NCBI GenBank assembly: GCA_029260075.1
Contig: JAJDDY010000012.1
Span: 2,176 to 66,175 of the forward strand
Source of the DNA: Phycisphaerae bacterium
GTDB lineage: Bacteria > Planctomycetota > Phycisphaerae > UBA1845
Direction of reading: 5' to 3'
Length of the DNA: 64,000 nucleotides
Below, in pieces: positions 29,194-38,243 of this stretch. Numbering within the stretch: position 1 is the stretch's first letter; the number at the start of each line of letters is the position of its first letter. A model generated the notes under the pieces. It saw only the letters and a list, made by a program, of their open reading frames with translations. It did not search any database and was not told the DNA's origin. Made by a program: the position numbers and the translations under genes.

Positions 29194-30348
29194 GTGTTAC
29201 TTGAACATTTCGGTGAGTTCAAGGCCGGTCTTCCTGTGCCGATTGATTTGAGCGAGCCGCAGGATTGGGCTTTCGTTCCCGGTCCGCTGCCGCCAAGCTG
29301 GAGCATCCCGGACAGATTGTGGCGACTCATTGCTGAAGCCCGACAGAAAGTAGGCGACCTCAACGGTAGCGGCAACAGGCTGACCAACGCGCGCCTACTC
29401 TTGCGGCCGCTTCAACGACGTGAGGCGTTGCGATCCAGTAGCCTCGAAGGAACGTACGCCACTCCGAAGGAGCTATTGCTATTTGAAAAATCGCGTAAGG
29501 AAATCGAGGGGAACGAAACTTCTCAAGAGAATCAATGGAGGGAGGTACACAATTACTATGCTGCTCTGAAACATGGCCAACAGCACATTATGCATGGTAA
29601 ACCGTTTGACCTTGATTTTTTTTGCACCCTGCACGGAATACTCATGAAGGGTGTGCGTGGCCACGAGAAGAATCCCGGGCAAGTGCGCACGAGTCAGGTG
29701 CATATTCGTGGGGAGCGAAGATTCACCCCGGCCCCGCCATCAGAAATCCTTAGCTGCATTGACAACCTTGAAGCTTATCTTGCTGCAGACCATGGTGACG
29801 TGGACCCGCTCGTCCGAGCGTTCATTTCACATTATCAGTTTGAAGCGATACATCCGTTCTCTGACGGCAACGGAAGGATCGGTCGAGTCTTGCTTTCGCT
29901 CGTGATTTCGCGATGGCTAGGACTATCCAAGCCATGGCTGTACCTAAGCGAGTATTTTGACAACCATCGGAGTGACTACATGAACCGACTCTTCCGTGTC
30001 AGCACGCACGGAGATTGGGACGAATGGATAGAGCTGTGCATATTAGGAACGATAGAGCAAGCTGAGTCGTCCATCGCTCGATGCAACGCTTTGGAATTGC
30101 TGAGATTGCGGTACCACGAAAGGGTGAGCAAGGGAAGCGCTCGGCTGCACACGATCGTCGACATGCTCTTTTCGTCTAGCCCACTCATATCGATAGGAGA
30201 GGCGCAAAAAGCTCTAGGGACAAGTTACCCAACAGCGAGAGATGACCTATTACGGCTACAGGACGTTGGAATTGTTGAGCTCATAGACGGTGTGTACCCG
30301 AAGATGTTCGGGTCAGAAGAGCTGTTGAAGATCGCCTACATCGACTGA
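29194..30348 (+). CDS. Fic-family protein (class II arrangement, C-terminal winged-helix-like tail)
   Basis: GTG 29194. Fic motif HPFSDGNGRIGR (29851-29886). N-terminal inhibitory-helix motif SSSLEG, i.e. (S/T)xxxE(G/N), at 29434-29451. Visibly lower GC than the neighbours. Confidence 0.9.
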   Translation: MLLEHFGEFKAGLPVPIDLSEPQDWAFVPGPLPPSWSIPDRLWRLIAEARQKVGDLNGSGNRLTNARLLLRPLQRREALRSSSLEGTYATPKELLLFEKSRKEIEGNETSQENQWREVHNYYAALKHGQQHIMHGKPFDLDFFCTLHGILMKGVRGHEKNPGQVRTSQVHIRGERRFTPAPPSEILSCIDNLEAYLAADHGDVDPLVRAFISHYQFEAIHPFSDGNGRIGRVLLSLVISRWLGLSKPWLYLSEYFDNHRSDYMNRLFRVSTHGDWDEWIELCILGTIEQAESSIARCNALELLRLRYHERVSKGSARLHTIVDMLFSSSPLISIGEAQKALGTSYPTARDDLLRLQDVGIVELIDGVYPKMFGSEELLKIAYID

Positions 30349-30378
30349 CCGCTCGGATGTTGCGGATGGCGCGTGGAC

Positions 30379-31887
30379 CTATGGATAAAACTTGCCCATC
30401 ATTCTCGGATAGGGGATGGTTTCTCTGATGTGTTTGAGGTTGCAGATCCAGGCTACGGTTCGTTCGACGCCGAGGCCGAAACCGCCGTGGGGGACGGAAC
30501 CGAAGCGGCGGAGGTCGAGGTACCATTCGTAGTCGTTGCGATCGAGTTTCTCTTCGCCGATACGTCTTAACAATCGGTCGTAGTCTTCCTCGCGAGCCGA
30601 GCCGCCGATGATTTCTCCGAACCCTTGGGGTGCCAAAACGTCGACACATTCTACGACGTCGTCGTTGGTGCGGTCTTCGCGCATGTAGAACGCCTTGACC
30701 CGTTTCGGATAGTGCGTGACGGCCACAGGCCTGTCGTGCAGGCGGGAGATGATGGTCTCGTCCGATCCGCCGAGGTCCGAGCCCCATTCGAAGTTGGCTG
30801 CGAGCTCCATGTGGTGCGGGATGTTGCGAATTTGTTCTTCAAGTTCGGATCGCTCTTCACGACGGTCGATCACTTCGGCGATGGCCTTGTCTTTCTTCCA
30901 TTGCTTGACGCCCTGTGCCTTGGTTGTGGCGTCGAGTTCTTCGATCAGGGCGTTGAGTTCTTCGACGCGAGCGTTTTTCTCGACCAAGTCGCGTTCGAGC
31001 AATGCTTTGGCTTTGGAGCCTCGGAGCAGGTCAGCCGCTTCGGTGTAGGTGATGCGGTGGAAGGGTTTCTTGATGGCGTGCAACTCGTCGATGTTGCGAT
31101 CGAGCGCTTCGAGGTCGTCGAGGTGATCGCGCAACACGCGATCGACGATGGAGCAGAGCAGGTCTTCCGACAGGTCGATCACGTCGCTTAGCGAGGCGAA
31201 GGCGATCTCCGGTTCGACCATCCAGAACTCGGTGAGGTGACGCCGCGTCTTGCTTTTCTCCGCTCGAAACGTAGGCCCGAAGCAATATACCTTGCGATGG
31301 GCCATGCAGGCTGCTTCGAGGTAGAGTTGTCCGGTTTGCGCTAAGAAGACCGGATCTCCGAAGTAGTCGACTTGGAACAGCGTTTGCGCCCCCTCGCCCG
31401 CCGCCGGCGCGAAAAGGGGCGTGTCCATCAGTAGGAAACCGTTGTCGTTGAAGAAGCGGCGAATCTGGTCGATAACGGTGGCGCGGACGCGGAGGATGTG
31501 CCATTGTCGCTGCGAACGAAACCACAGGTGGCGATGCTTCATCAGGAATTCAATACCGTGCGGTTTGGGTGTGATGGGGTAATCGCCGGCTGCGTGGACG
31601 ATGGTGGCGTCCGTCACTTTCAGCTCGAACCCACCGGTCGCACGCTCTTCCTTCGACACCACGCCCGTCAGTGCCAAAGCCGATTCCTGCGCCAGCTTCT
31701 TGACGTCGGCGAAGAACGACTCGGTGTTTTCGTCCTTCTCAATAACGCACTGACAGCGCCCGGTACCGTCGCGGAGGATGATGAAAATGATCTTCCCGCT
31801 CGCCCGGCTGTTGTACACCCAGCCTTGCAGCGTGACCGTATCACCGACCTGCTTTTCCAACTGATCGATTGTTGTCTTGGTGGCCAT
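30379..31887 (-). CDS. asnS: Asparagine--tRNA ligase
   Basis: ATG 31887 (MATKTTIDQLEKQVGDTVTLQGWVYNSR). Class IIb motifs FRAEKSKTRRHLTEFWMVEPE and GGFGLGVERTVAWI. The C-terminal ...PYPRMMGKFYP is AsnRS-like. A coiled-coil insertion is present. The 95 upstream codons of the listed ORF are rejected. Confidence 0.9.
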   Translation of the reverse strand: MATKTTIDQLEKQVGDTVTLQGWVYNSRASGKIIFIILRDGTGRCQCVIEKDENTESFFADVKKLAQESALALTGVVSKEERATGGFELKVTDATIVHAAGDYPITPKPHGIEFLMKHRHLWFRSQRQWHILRVRATVIDQIRRFFNDNGFLLMDTPLFAPAAGEGAQTLFQVDYFGDPVFLAQTGQLYLEAACMAHRKVYCFGPTFRAEKSKTRRHLTEFWMVEPEIAFASLSDVIDLSEDLLCSIVDRVLRDHLDDLEALDRNIDELHAIKKPFHRITYTEAADLLRGSKAKALLERDLVEKNARVEELNALIEELDATTKAQGVKQWKKDKAIAEVIDRREERSELEEQIRNIPHHMELAANFEWGSDLGGSDETIISRLHDRPVAVTHYPKRVKAFYMREDRTNDDVVECVDVLAPQGFGEIIGGSAREEDYDRLLRRIGEEKLDRNDYEWYLDLRRFGSVPHGGFGLGVERTVAWICNLKHIRETIPYPRMMGKFYP

Positions 31888-31924
31888 GTGCCGAGTGTAC
31901 GCAAGCGCGAGCGTACCTGCAACG

Positions 31925-31998
31925 TGGGGAGAAGGGCAGGGACTAAGGGACAGAGGAACGAAGGGACGTAGGGAGAGGGGATGGGACGTCGGGACTGC
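31925..31998. repeat. Polypurine (plus strand) / polypyrimidine (asnS leader strand) tract with GGGAC repeats
   Basis: TGGGGAGAAGGGCAGGGACTAAGGGACAGAGGAACGAAGGGACGTAGGGAGAGGGGATGGGACGTCGGGAC. GGGAC occurs 5 times. The tract begins 38 nt upstream of the asnS ATG. Confidence 0.7.
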
Positions 31999-32101
31999 TG
32001 GTGCGTGAATCCTTTCTCGCACCAAGGTGCCGGGGAACCATGATGCCGTGCGATGGAACGCACGATCGGATTTCGTCCAGCGTCGTCTCCTGCCCGAGCG
32101 G

Positions 32102-33043
32102 TCACGCGCTGATTTTTGATAGGGACGCCGTCGCCGCGAATCCGGCCACGGCCAATACGGCGCCGAACACATAGTCGCTAGCTACAGCGTCACCGGCGAA
32201 AGGCCAGATGCCCACGATCGAGCCGAGAAGAATGCCCAGAAGAAATCCAAGCGTGGGTTGTTTCTTGTGGCGAAGCATCCACTTCAGAACATTGCTGAGC
32301 AGCACAAGGCTGAGCAGCGACCCCAACGCCACCGGACCGAGCACCTCAATCACGAGCGCGACGTCGCCCTCGCGACCGGACGATGACGCCAAGTTCTTGG
32401 CCATGTCGATAGCGGCGAGTATGTGCTCGTACCGGCCTAGGATAAGAAGCATGTAGGCGCCGGAAATTCCGGGTAGGACCATGGCGGACATGCCCAACAC
32501 GCCGGCCAAGAGGTCGCGCACGTACGCCGGTTGAATGATCATTTGGCCTGCGGCGACGGATTCCTTGAGGGCTGCTTTGGCTGATGGGTCTTGCCCGGTC
32601 ATCGCAATCGCGACCATGGCCCCCACGCCGAACAGTAGGCCAATCCACGATGCGGGAGTGAACGGACGAATCATGTGTAAAAGCAGCGGCGCGCCACCGA
32701 GCGTGAGTCCGACAAAAATAGAGAACATAGCCTGGCGCTGGACGACAACGATGTGGGCGACAGTGCCGGCCATGGTCACGATGGCTGTGGCGGCGGCCCC
32801 GCCAATCACGATTAGAATGAGCAAATCGCGTCGACGAAAGCGCAACCGCGTGACGTTGGCGACGGCGGCTATGAAGTCGTCGTAGAGCCCCATCACCAGA
32901 ATCATCGTACCGCCGGAGACGCCGGGTACGAGGTTGGCGAAGCCCATCAATACGCCCCCGATCGAACACCGTACCAGAGGCACTGGCGCCGGAGGTGTCG
33001 ACGAGTTTTCTTCTGTTGGCGGACCCGGATTTGTTTCCATCAT
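32102..33043 (-). CDS. DUF368-family membrane protein (undecaprenyl-phosphate translocase family)
   Basis: Two DUF368 repeats: NLVPGVSGGTMILVMGLY and MVLPGISGAYMLLILGRY. Polytopic membrane protein. Start is uncertain (ATG 33043 preferred over 33097). Confidence 0.85.
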   Translation of the reverse strand: MMETNPGPPTEENSSTPPAPVPLVRCSIGGVLMGFANLVPGVSGGTMILVMGLYDDFIAAVANVTRLRFRRRDLLILIVIGGAAATAIVTMAGTVAHIVVVQRQAMFSIFVGLTLGGAPLLLHMIRPFTPASWIGLLFGVGAMVAIAMTGQDPSAKAALKESVAAGQMIIQPAYVRDLLAGVLGMSAMVLPGISGAYMLLILGRYEHILAAIDMAKNLASSSGREGDVALVIEVLGPVALGSLLSLVLLSNVLKWMLRHKKQPTLGFLLGILLGSIVGIWPFAGDAVASDYVFGAVLAVAGFAATASLSKISA

Positions 33044-33145
33044 CAATTCGTAGCCCACCAAAAAAGTGTGGCCGACGTTCGGGCCGTGATTTCGCACGCG
33101 TCTTCAGCCGGTTTTGAATCTTCGGGTCGGTCTACCACTGGGCTT

Positions 33146-33169
33146 GAGTCGCTTCGGCGGAAGCGACTC
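33146..33169. terminator. Perfect 10-bp stem / 4-nt loop hairpin downstream of the tilS-GT-C-AsmA operon
   Basis: GAGTCGCTTC-GGCG-GAAGCGACTC. No U-run, so the terminator role is tentative. Confidence 0.4.
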
Positions 33170-33174
33170 AGGAA

Positions 33175-33303
33175 CTAAGAACGTGTATCAGAAGTCTCTC
33201 TTAGAGCCGCGCCCGTAAGGAAGCGGTGCGGTTTCGTGGTCGACAACCGCTTCCTTACGGTCTCGGCTCGGTTTGAAGCAACCCTTCCTAAACACGCTCT
33301 TCG
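33175..33303. repeat. Family-A nested palindromic element, copy A3
   Basis: CTAAGAACGTGTA...GAGCCGCGCCCGTAAGGAAGCGG-loop-CCGCTTCCTTACGGTCTCGGCTCGG...AACACGCTCTT. Confidence 0.8.
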
Positions 33304-33324
33304 GGACGACGGGTTTATTGCATG

Positions 33325-36300
33325 TTACGAAGCCGATGATTTGCCCGTTTTAGGCTTGCGCTTGCGGAACAGGCGCTTGAATTCTTCGGTCAGCCCACGC
33401 AGGGGTTTGGCATGCACCTCGGGGCGGTACAGCGGACCCGTCACGTGCAACCGTACGAGTTCGCGGCCGACTTGCTCAACCACATCGGTCAACACCGGTA
33501 CACGGACCCAACCGTCGGGGTTGACGTTGTACAGTTCGAAGTCGACGCCCCTATCGGGAACGCTCAGCGTTCCGCGTCCGGTTAGGGCGAGTAGATCGCC
33601 GCGTAGGCGAATGTCGTCGAAGGTCAAGCGATTTCCGGTCACGTAGAAATCGAGCAGCGCGTCGGAAAAAGCGGTCGTTGTCGGTGCGGTCACGTTAAGC
33701 ACGTTGAGGATCGCAAGAATGAGCGGCAATCGATAGAGCTGTGCTTCGTTGATTTCAAAGTGCCCCCGTCCGCGCGTTGTTGAGGCGTCTCCTACGGTAC
33801 CGGTGAGACACAATCGTCCGGCGGCGACGCCGCGCACGTCGACCGACGGTTGGGTGGCGTCTCTGGTGGATTGCTCGTGAGCGATGAACGATTCAATGCG
33901 CATTCCCTGAAGCATCGTCGAGAGATCGTACGTCGACTGCTGGTTATCGAACGACAGGTCGAGGCGACCGGCTACCGTGCCTCCATAGAGCTCGCCACAC
34001 GCGGATTGAAGCGAAAACATACCAGTACCGTCTGGGACGCGGGCGAACGACCACTGCCCCGAAAGCGCCGACAACGGATGGCCGAACGCATCGAGCTTGT
34101 CGAGCGCAAGCTCACCCATCAGTGACGCACCGTCAGACGGGTCCAATATCATACCCCGTCCCATCACTGTTCCGGATAGGTTCTCGAAATTGTCTATCAC
34201 GCCGCCCACAGACACGCCCTGCAATTCAGCCACCGCGCTGACGGTCCACACACGCGGCGCGTCGTCGTCTGCCTGTTCAAAACTCAAGTCCGAAACTTCC
34301 AGGTCGACGGTTCCGGTTGGTTTCCAGCGCTTCCATCTCTCCGTCCAACCATCCAGTTGCAATTGTCCGATTGGACCGTCCAGCGGCAGGCCCTTGGCCG
34401 ATACCCTGAATCGACCGCGTTCACCTTGCTTGAGGCGCTCTATGGCGACGTCGGCGGTGACGGCTCTGTCCCCGATGCGGAAGCTGGTATCTGTCGCACG
34501 AACACCGGCCTTGTCGAATGTGACCTCTGCACGCACGTCGGTCAACGAGACCGCGACGCCTTCGTGGGTCAAGGCGGCGCCATCGAGTGTGGCAATCGTT
34601 GTGGGCGTGGACGGTGCGCGCTTTCGATTCCCACGCACCGGCAGAAACGTTACCGTCGACACCGGGCCCTCGATGCGCCAGCCGCTTAGGGTGCGACGAA
34701 GCGCTTCGGGGAGTTCGGCGCGAAGGGTGTCGTCGTTGAGCGATAGTCCTTCCGTGCGAACCATTAGAGTGTGTTCGGCGTCTGTATCTCCATAGGGCAT
34801 TGACCCCTCTGCCGAAATTCTTCCCCCGAACACCTTCCCCGTTACTCCTTGAACAAGAATCTGGTCGCCGGTGACGACGATCGTTCCTTCCAGTCCGGCG
34901 ATCCTCGTCTGCATGCCGTCAGGTCTGTAGTCAGCGTCGCGCAAGCGGATGGTTGTGGTGTGGGTCACGCTACCGACATCCACGCCTGAGTCCACGGAAG
35001 ACTCGAAATCCACGGCGCCACTGATGTCGCCGCCCGCCAACCGATCGCGAACGGTTTTGGGAAGTGCGGTCAGGAGTTGGTCGTCGATCACCAGGCCCGT
35101 ACCGCGCACCGCAAGGTCGATGTCGTCGACGCGCTCGCGAGCCAGACTGACGGTGCCATCGACGGTCACCTCACCCGCGCCGGCGCGCCCGTCGACCTTG
35201 TCGACGACGACGCGCCCGTCGCCAAAGGTGAGCCTGCCCGTCAATCCTTCGACCGGATAGGGGATCTTCGTGTATGTAGCGGATACGTCGAGTAAGGTCA
35301 CGTCTGTGGTCGTGGCCCATCGGATGTGCTCGTCGGGGTCGATTTGGGGTTGGGCGAGGTGAACTTCCACATCAATCGTACCGGTCGGATTGAACGTGTC
35401 CAAGATGGTTGCATAGCGACGGGAAAGGCTCGCGGTGAGCGCTTCGTCGATGGGGATACCCCAGCCCTTGATGGTCAATTCTTTTTCGGCCCAGCGCTTC
35501 GGTGCAGCCAACCAACCGTCGACGGAGAGTCGACCGGCGCCGTGGCGACCCTGGAGGTTGCGCAGGAAGACGCCCTCCGGGGCATACTCGACGACGCCCG
35601 ACAACCCGGTCACACGGTAGGGAAAGAAGCGGCAACTGCTGTCGGTCTGTCGCGCGGTCAGCTTAACGCGACGGACCGTGACCGGTTGTTCCTGTCCGGG
35701 ACGCAGACCCACATCGATCTCCACATCCACAACGCCATGCGGGTCGTAGTCGTCATAGAAATGTGCGAGCGGCGGAAAGCGTCGAATCAGGCGCGCTTCT
35801 GATGGCGTGGCGTCAGGGCCGCGGCGCGGGAGCGTGAATTCTGTGAGCGACATCTTAATGTCCATCTCGACATCTTCGAGCGATACCGCGCTATTCACGC
35901 CGGTGCGAATGACCATTTCGACTTGGCACGGACTGTCATGCAGGCGACCGGTGAATGACGCATACATCGCATCGCCGGTAAGACGCACTTTGCCTTCGAC
36001 GTGTTCGAACGTAACAAATCGATCCTCTGGTGGAACTTTCTGTTCCTCGCGATCTATGGGAATGGAAATCGCAGCGCCGGCCAGCTCGATCGTGGCTGAG
36101 CGGTCGGCGCCGTCGCCACTGTGCAAGTCATAGTCCGTCGCGCGCACGGTTCCGTCGAGACCGAGTAGGTCGTACCAGGCCCCTACGCCGTCGTACCCGG
36201 CGTCGATCGCAAGCATGACGGCTTCGACTTTCATGGCCGGTAGCCCGCCCTCCACGTTGCGCAGCGCCCCGGTACGTACGTCGATCTGCGAATGTCCGCT

Positions 36301-36936
36301 TACCTTCGGAGCGTCTACGCTGCGCCAGGTCACGTCGTGGATGTATGGATCGTTCTTGGAAGGAAGCGATCGCAGCGTGAGGCTAAGGTTGTCCACTTGT
36401 CGCGACACGCCGTGTTCCAACGAAAAGACACGGAGTCGCGCGCGGTTCAACTCGATGATCGGCCAGTCCGCAGTGTTTGTAGGTGCGATCTCAGGAACGC
36501 GGAACAGTCCGCGGAGGTTGGTGCGCTCCGTGATAGCGTCGCGGACTACGGTGAGAATGGGTTCTGTCGCAAGAATCGACGTGATCTTCAATGATCCCAG
36601 CAGCGCCGGTATGGTTTTGTGAACCAGGTGTACCTCGCGACACGCGAAGACGGGATGCGTGGAAGCCATCGACGGTTTTTCGTCGAGGTCCGGCTGCGGT
36701 ACGACCGCTACGTCGAACAATCGGATGCCCCCGCGCCAGGAGAAGTTTGCTGAACCCACCGTAACGCGACCGGTGACGTATTGCTGAAGATATGTCTCAG
36801 CCAACATCCGGATGCGCGCCGGGTTCGTCAGGTGGGCGTACGCGAAGTATCCGGCTAGGGTCGCCGCGACGGCGACGCAGACCGCGATCCGTCGACCGGT
36901 CAATCTTGCTTTAGGGATGGCTTGTTGTTGCGTCAT
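33325..36936 (-). CDS. Large membrane-anchored AsmA/TamB-like protein (1203 aa)
   Basis: ATG 36936 overlaps the upstream stop (ATGA). N-terminal TM helix (IAVCVAVAATLAGYFAYA), a long beta-rich body and an AsmA-like C-terminus (FDDIRLRGDLLALTGRGTLSVPDRGVDFEL). Family assignment is moderate. Confidence 0.65.
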   Translation of the reverse strand: MTQQQAIPKARLTGRRIAVCVAVAATLAGYFAYAHLTNPARIRMLAETYLQQYVTGRVTVGSANFSWRGGIRLFDVAVVPQPDLDEKPSMASTHPVFACREVHLVHKTIPALLGSLKITSILATEPILTVVRDAITERTNLRGLFRVPEIAPTNTADWPIIELNRARLRVFSLEHGVSRQVDNLSLTLRSLPSKNDPYIHDVTWRSVDAPKVSGHSQIDVRTGALRNVEGGLPAMKVEAVMLAIDAGYDGVGAWYDLLGLDGTVRATDYDLHSGDGADRSATIELAGAAISIPIDREEQKVPPEDRFVTFEHVEGKVRLTGDAMYASFTGRLHDSPCQVEMVIRTGVNSAVSLEDVEMDIKMSLTEFTLPRRGPDATPSEARLIRRFPPLAHFYDDYDPHGVVDVEIDVGLRPGQEQPVTVRRVKLTARQTDSSCRFFPYRVTGLSGVVEYAPEGVFLRNLQGRHGAGRLSVDGWLAAPKRWAEKELTIKGWGIPIDEALTASLSRRYATILDTFNPTGTIDVEVHLAQPQIDPDEHIRWATTTDVTLLDVSATYTKIPYPVEGLTGRLTFGDGRVVVDKVDGRAGAGEVTVDGTVSLARERVDDIDLAVRGTGLVIDDQLLTALPKTVRDRLAGGDISGAVDFESSVDSGVDVGSVTHTTTIRLRDADYRPDGMQTRIAGLEGTIVVTGDQILVQGVTGKVFGGRISAEGSMPYGDTDAEHTLMVRTEGLSLNDDTLRAELPEALRRTLSGWRIEGPVSTVTFLPVRGNRKRAPSTPTTIATLDGAALTHEGVAVSLTDVRAEVTFDKAGVRATDTSFRIGDRAVTADVAIERLKQGERGRFRVSAKGLPLDGPIGQLQLDGWTERWKRWKPTGTVDLEVSDLSFEQADDDAPRVWTVSAVAELQGVSVGGVIDNFENLSGTVMGRGMILDPSDGASLMGELALDKLDAFGHPLSALSGQWSFARVPDGTGMFSLQSACGELYGGTVAGRLDLSFDNQQSTYDLSTMLQGMRIESFIAHEQSTRDATQPSVDVRGVAAGRLCLTGTVGDASTTRGRGHFEINEAQLYRLPLILAILNVLNVTAPTTTAFSDALLDFYVTGNRLTFDDIRLRGDLLALTGRGTLSVPDRGVDFELYNVNPDGWVRVPVLTDVVEQVGRELVRLHVTGPLYRPEVHAKPLRGLTEEFKRLFRKRKPKTGKSSAS

Positions 36937-38243
36937 GTTTCGTAACGGTTTGTGGCGAACGGATGAGGCCTCCCACGACCCAACATCCTGCATACTATGG
37001 TGAGGATGGCGTACGAAGCCAGCACGTCAAGCATCGGCAACGCCCCCAGACGATAACGGACACTTCCAATAAACAGGCTGTGTACTAGGCTCAAGTATAG
37101 TGCGGGCAGCACGAGGTACACCGCCCATTGCCACCCCTCGCGCCGGCGCGTGAACAGTAGCAGTATGGCGCCGAGCGCCGCCAGGGCGAACGTCGACGCC
37201 GTCCAGGTGACGGAAATCAAACGGGTCCGCCCAGACTGGTAGCTATCGACATTTGGAAACGGATTCCACATGCGTTTCATCTTCACCGCGCCAAGTTTGA
37301 CGATTCGCATAGGGTCGGAGCCTATGGCTTCGAACGATCGGGAGAGAAAATATCGGTTCCACGCCGTCTCATCGAGCGACGCCACCTCGGCCATTTGTTT
37401 GACGTCGCCAAGATTGCTGGCGCCGGTCGCCTGCGGACCCACGCCGTCGTAGAGTGAAATGCCGCCGCGCGTGGTCAACCAGCACCATTCGCCGACCACG
37501 CGTTGATTGCGCGCCGCCCACGGTACAAGTGTCAGTACAATTATGGATGCAGCGATGACTCCGCCGAATATGGCACGGCGGGTGTATCCGGCTGTCGTCG
37601 CGACGATCAGTATCAATATCGCAGCCAATCCCAGTGACGACTCGCGGATGTAGACCGTACCCGCCGCCACCAGACCCAACGCCGCCCAGCGCGCCAATGA
37701 ACGCCCCTCGCCCTCGATCAAGACGACGGCGAGCCACCACAGTCCGATCAACGCGGTAACGAAGGCCGTTTCGGTGAGCAGGAGTGAGGAAAAGAAGATC
37801 AAGAACGGATCGAGGGCTACGAGCAGACCGGCTATCAAACCGGTACGTCTTCCGAAGAGTGCGCCGGCTAGACCGGCGGCGAACAGCGCCGCCATCGAAC
37901 CGATCACCCATTGCGCGGCGCGTGCGGTTTGCATCCCGCCGTCGTGACCGGTGAACAAAGACAGAAACGCCGGATAGAGCGGCATGCGTGTGGCTTGAAA
38001 ACCGAGTTCATCGGGCAATCCTTGCCCCGCGCGCAGCGCTTCGGCCATGGACCAATACTGCTGCTCGTCCGGAAACTGCAAACCGCTTTCGTGTCCGGCG
38101 TGGACCGGCCGGATCAACCCCCACCCGGTTCGGGCGGTAAGCGCAACGACAAACACGAGCGCGAGCGATCGCCATGCCGATTTCGTTGGCCGTGATAGCG
38201 TCAGCGCGGGGCTAGGTGCGTTGTCGGTCGGTGTGTCCATCAC
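36933..38243 (-). CDS. GT-C fold glycosyltransferase, family 39 / ArnT-PMT-like membrane protein
   Basis: Polytopic membrane protein. The first loop has PDEQQYWSMAEAL (DE-x-x-Y motif typical of ArnT/PMT_2). The start (GTG 38243 or ATG 38240) overlaps the tilS stop. Confidence 0.7.
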   Translation of the reverse strand: MMDTPTDNAPSPALTLSRPTKSAWRSLALVFVVALTARTGWGLIRPVHAGHESGLQFPDEQQYWSMAEALRAGQGLPDELGFQATRMPLYPAFLSLFTGHDGGMQTARAAQWVIGSMAALFAAGLAGALFGRRTGLIAGLLVALDPFLIFFSSLLLTETAFVTALIGLWWLAVVLIEGEGRSLARWAALGLVAAGTVYIRESSLGLAAILILIVATTAGYTRRAIFGGVIAASIIVLTLVPWAARNQRVVGEWCWLTTRGGISLYDGVGPQATGASNLGDVKQMAEVASLDETAWNRYFLSRSFEAIGSDPMRIVKLGAVKMKRMWNPFPNVDSYQSGRTRLISVTWTASTFALAALGAILLLFTRRREGWQWAVYLVLPALYLSLVHSLFIGSVRYRLGALPMLDVLASYAILTIVCRMLGRGRPHPFATNRYET

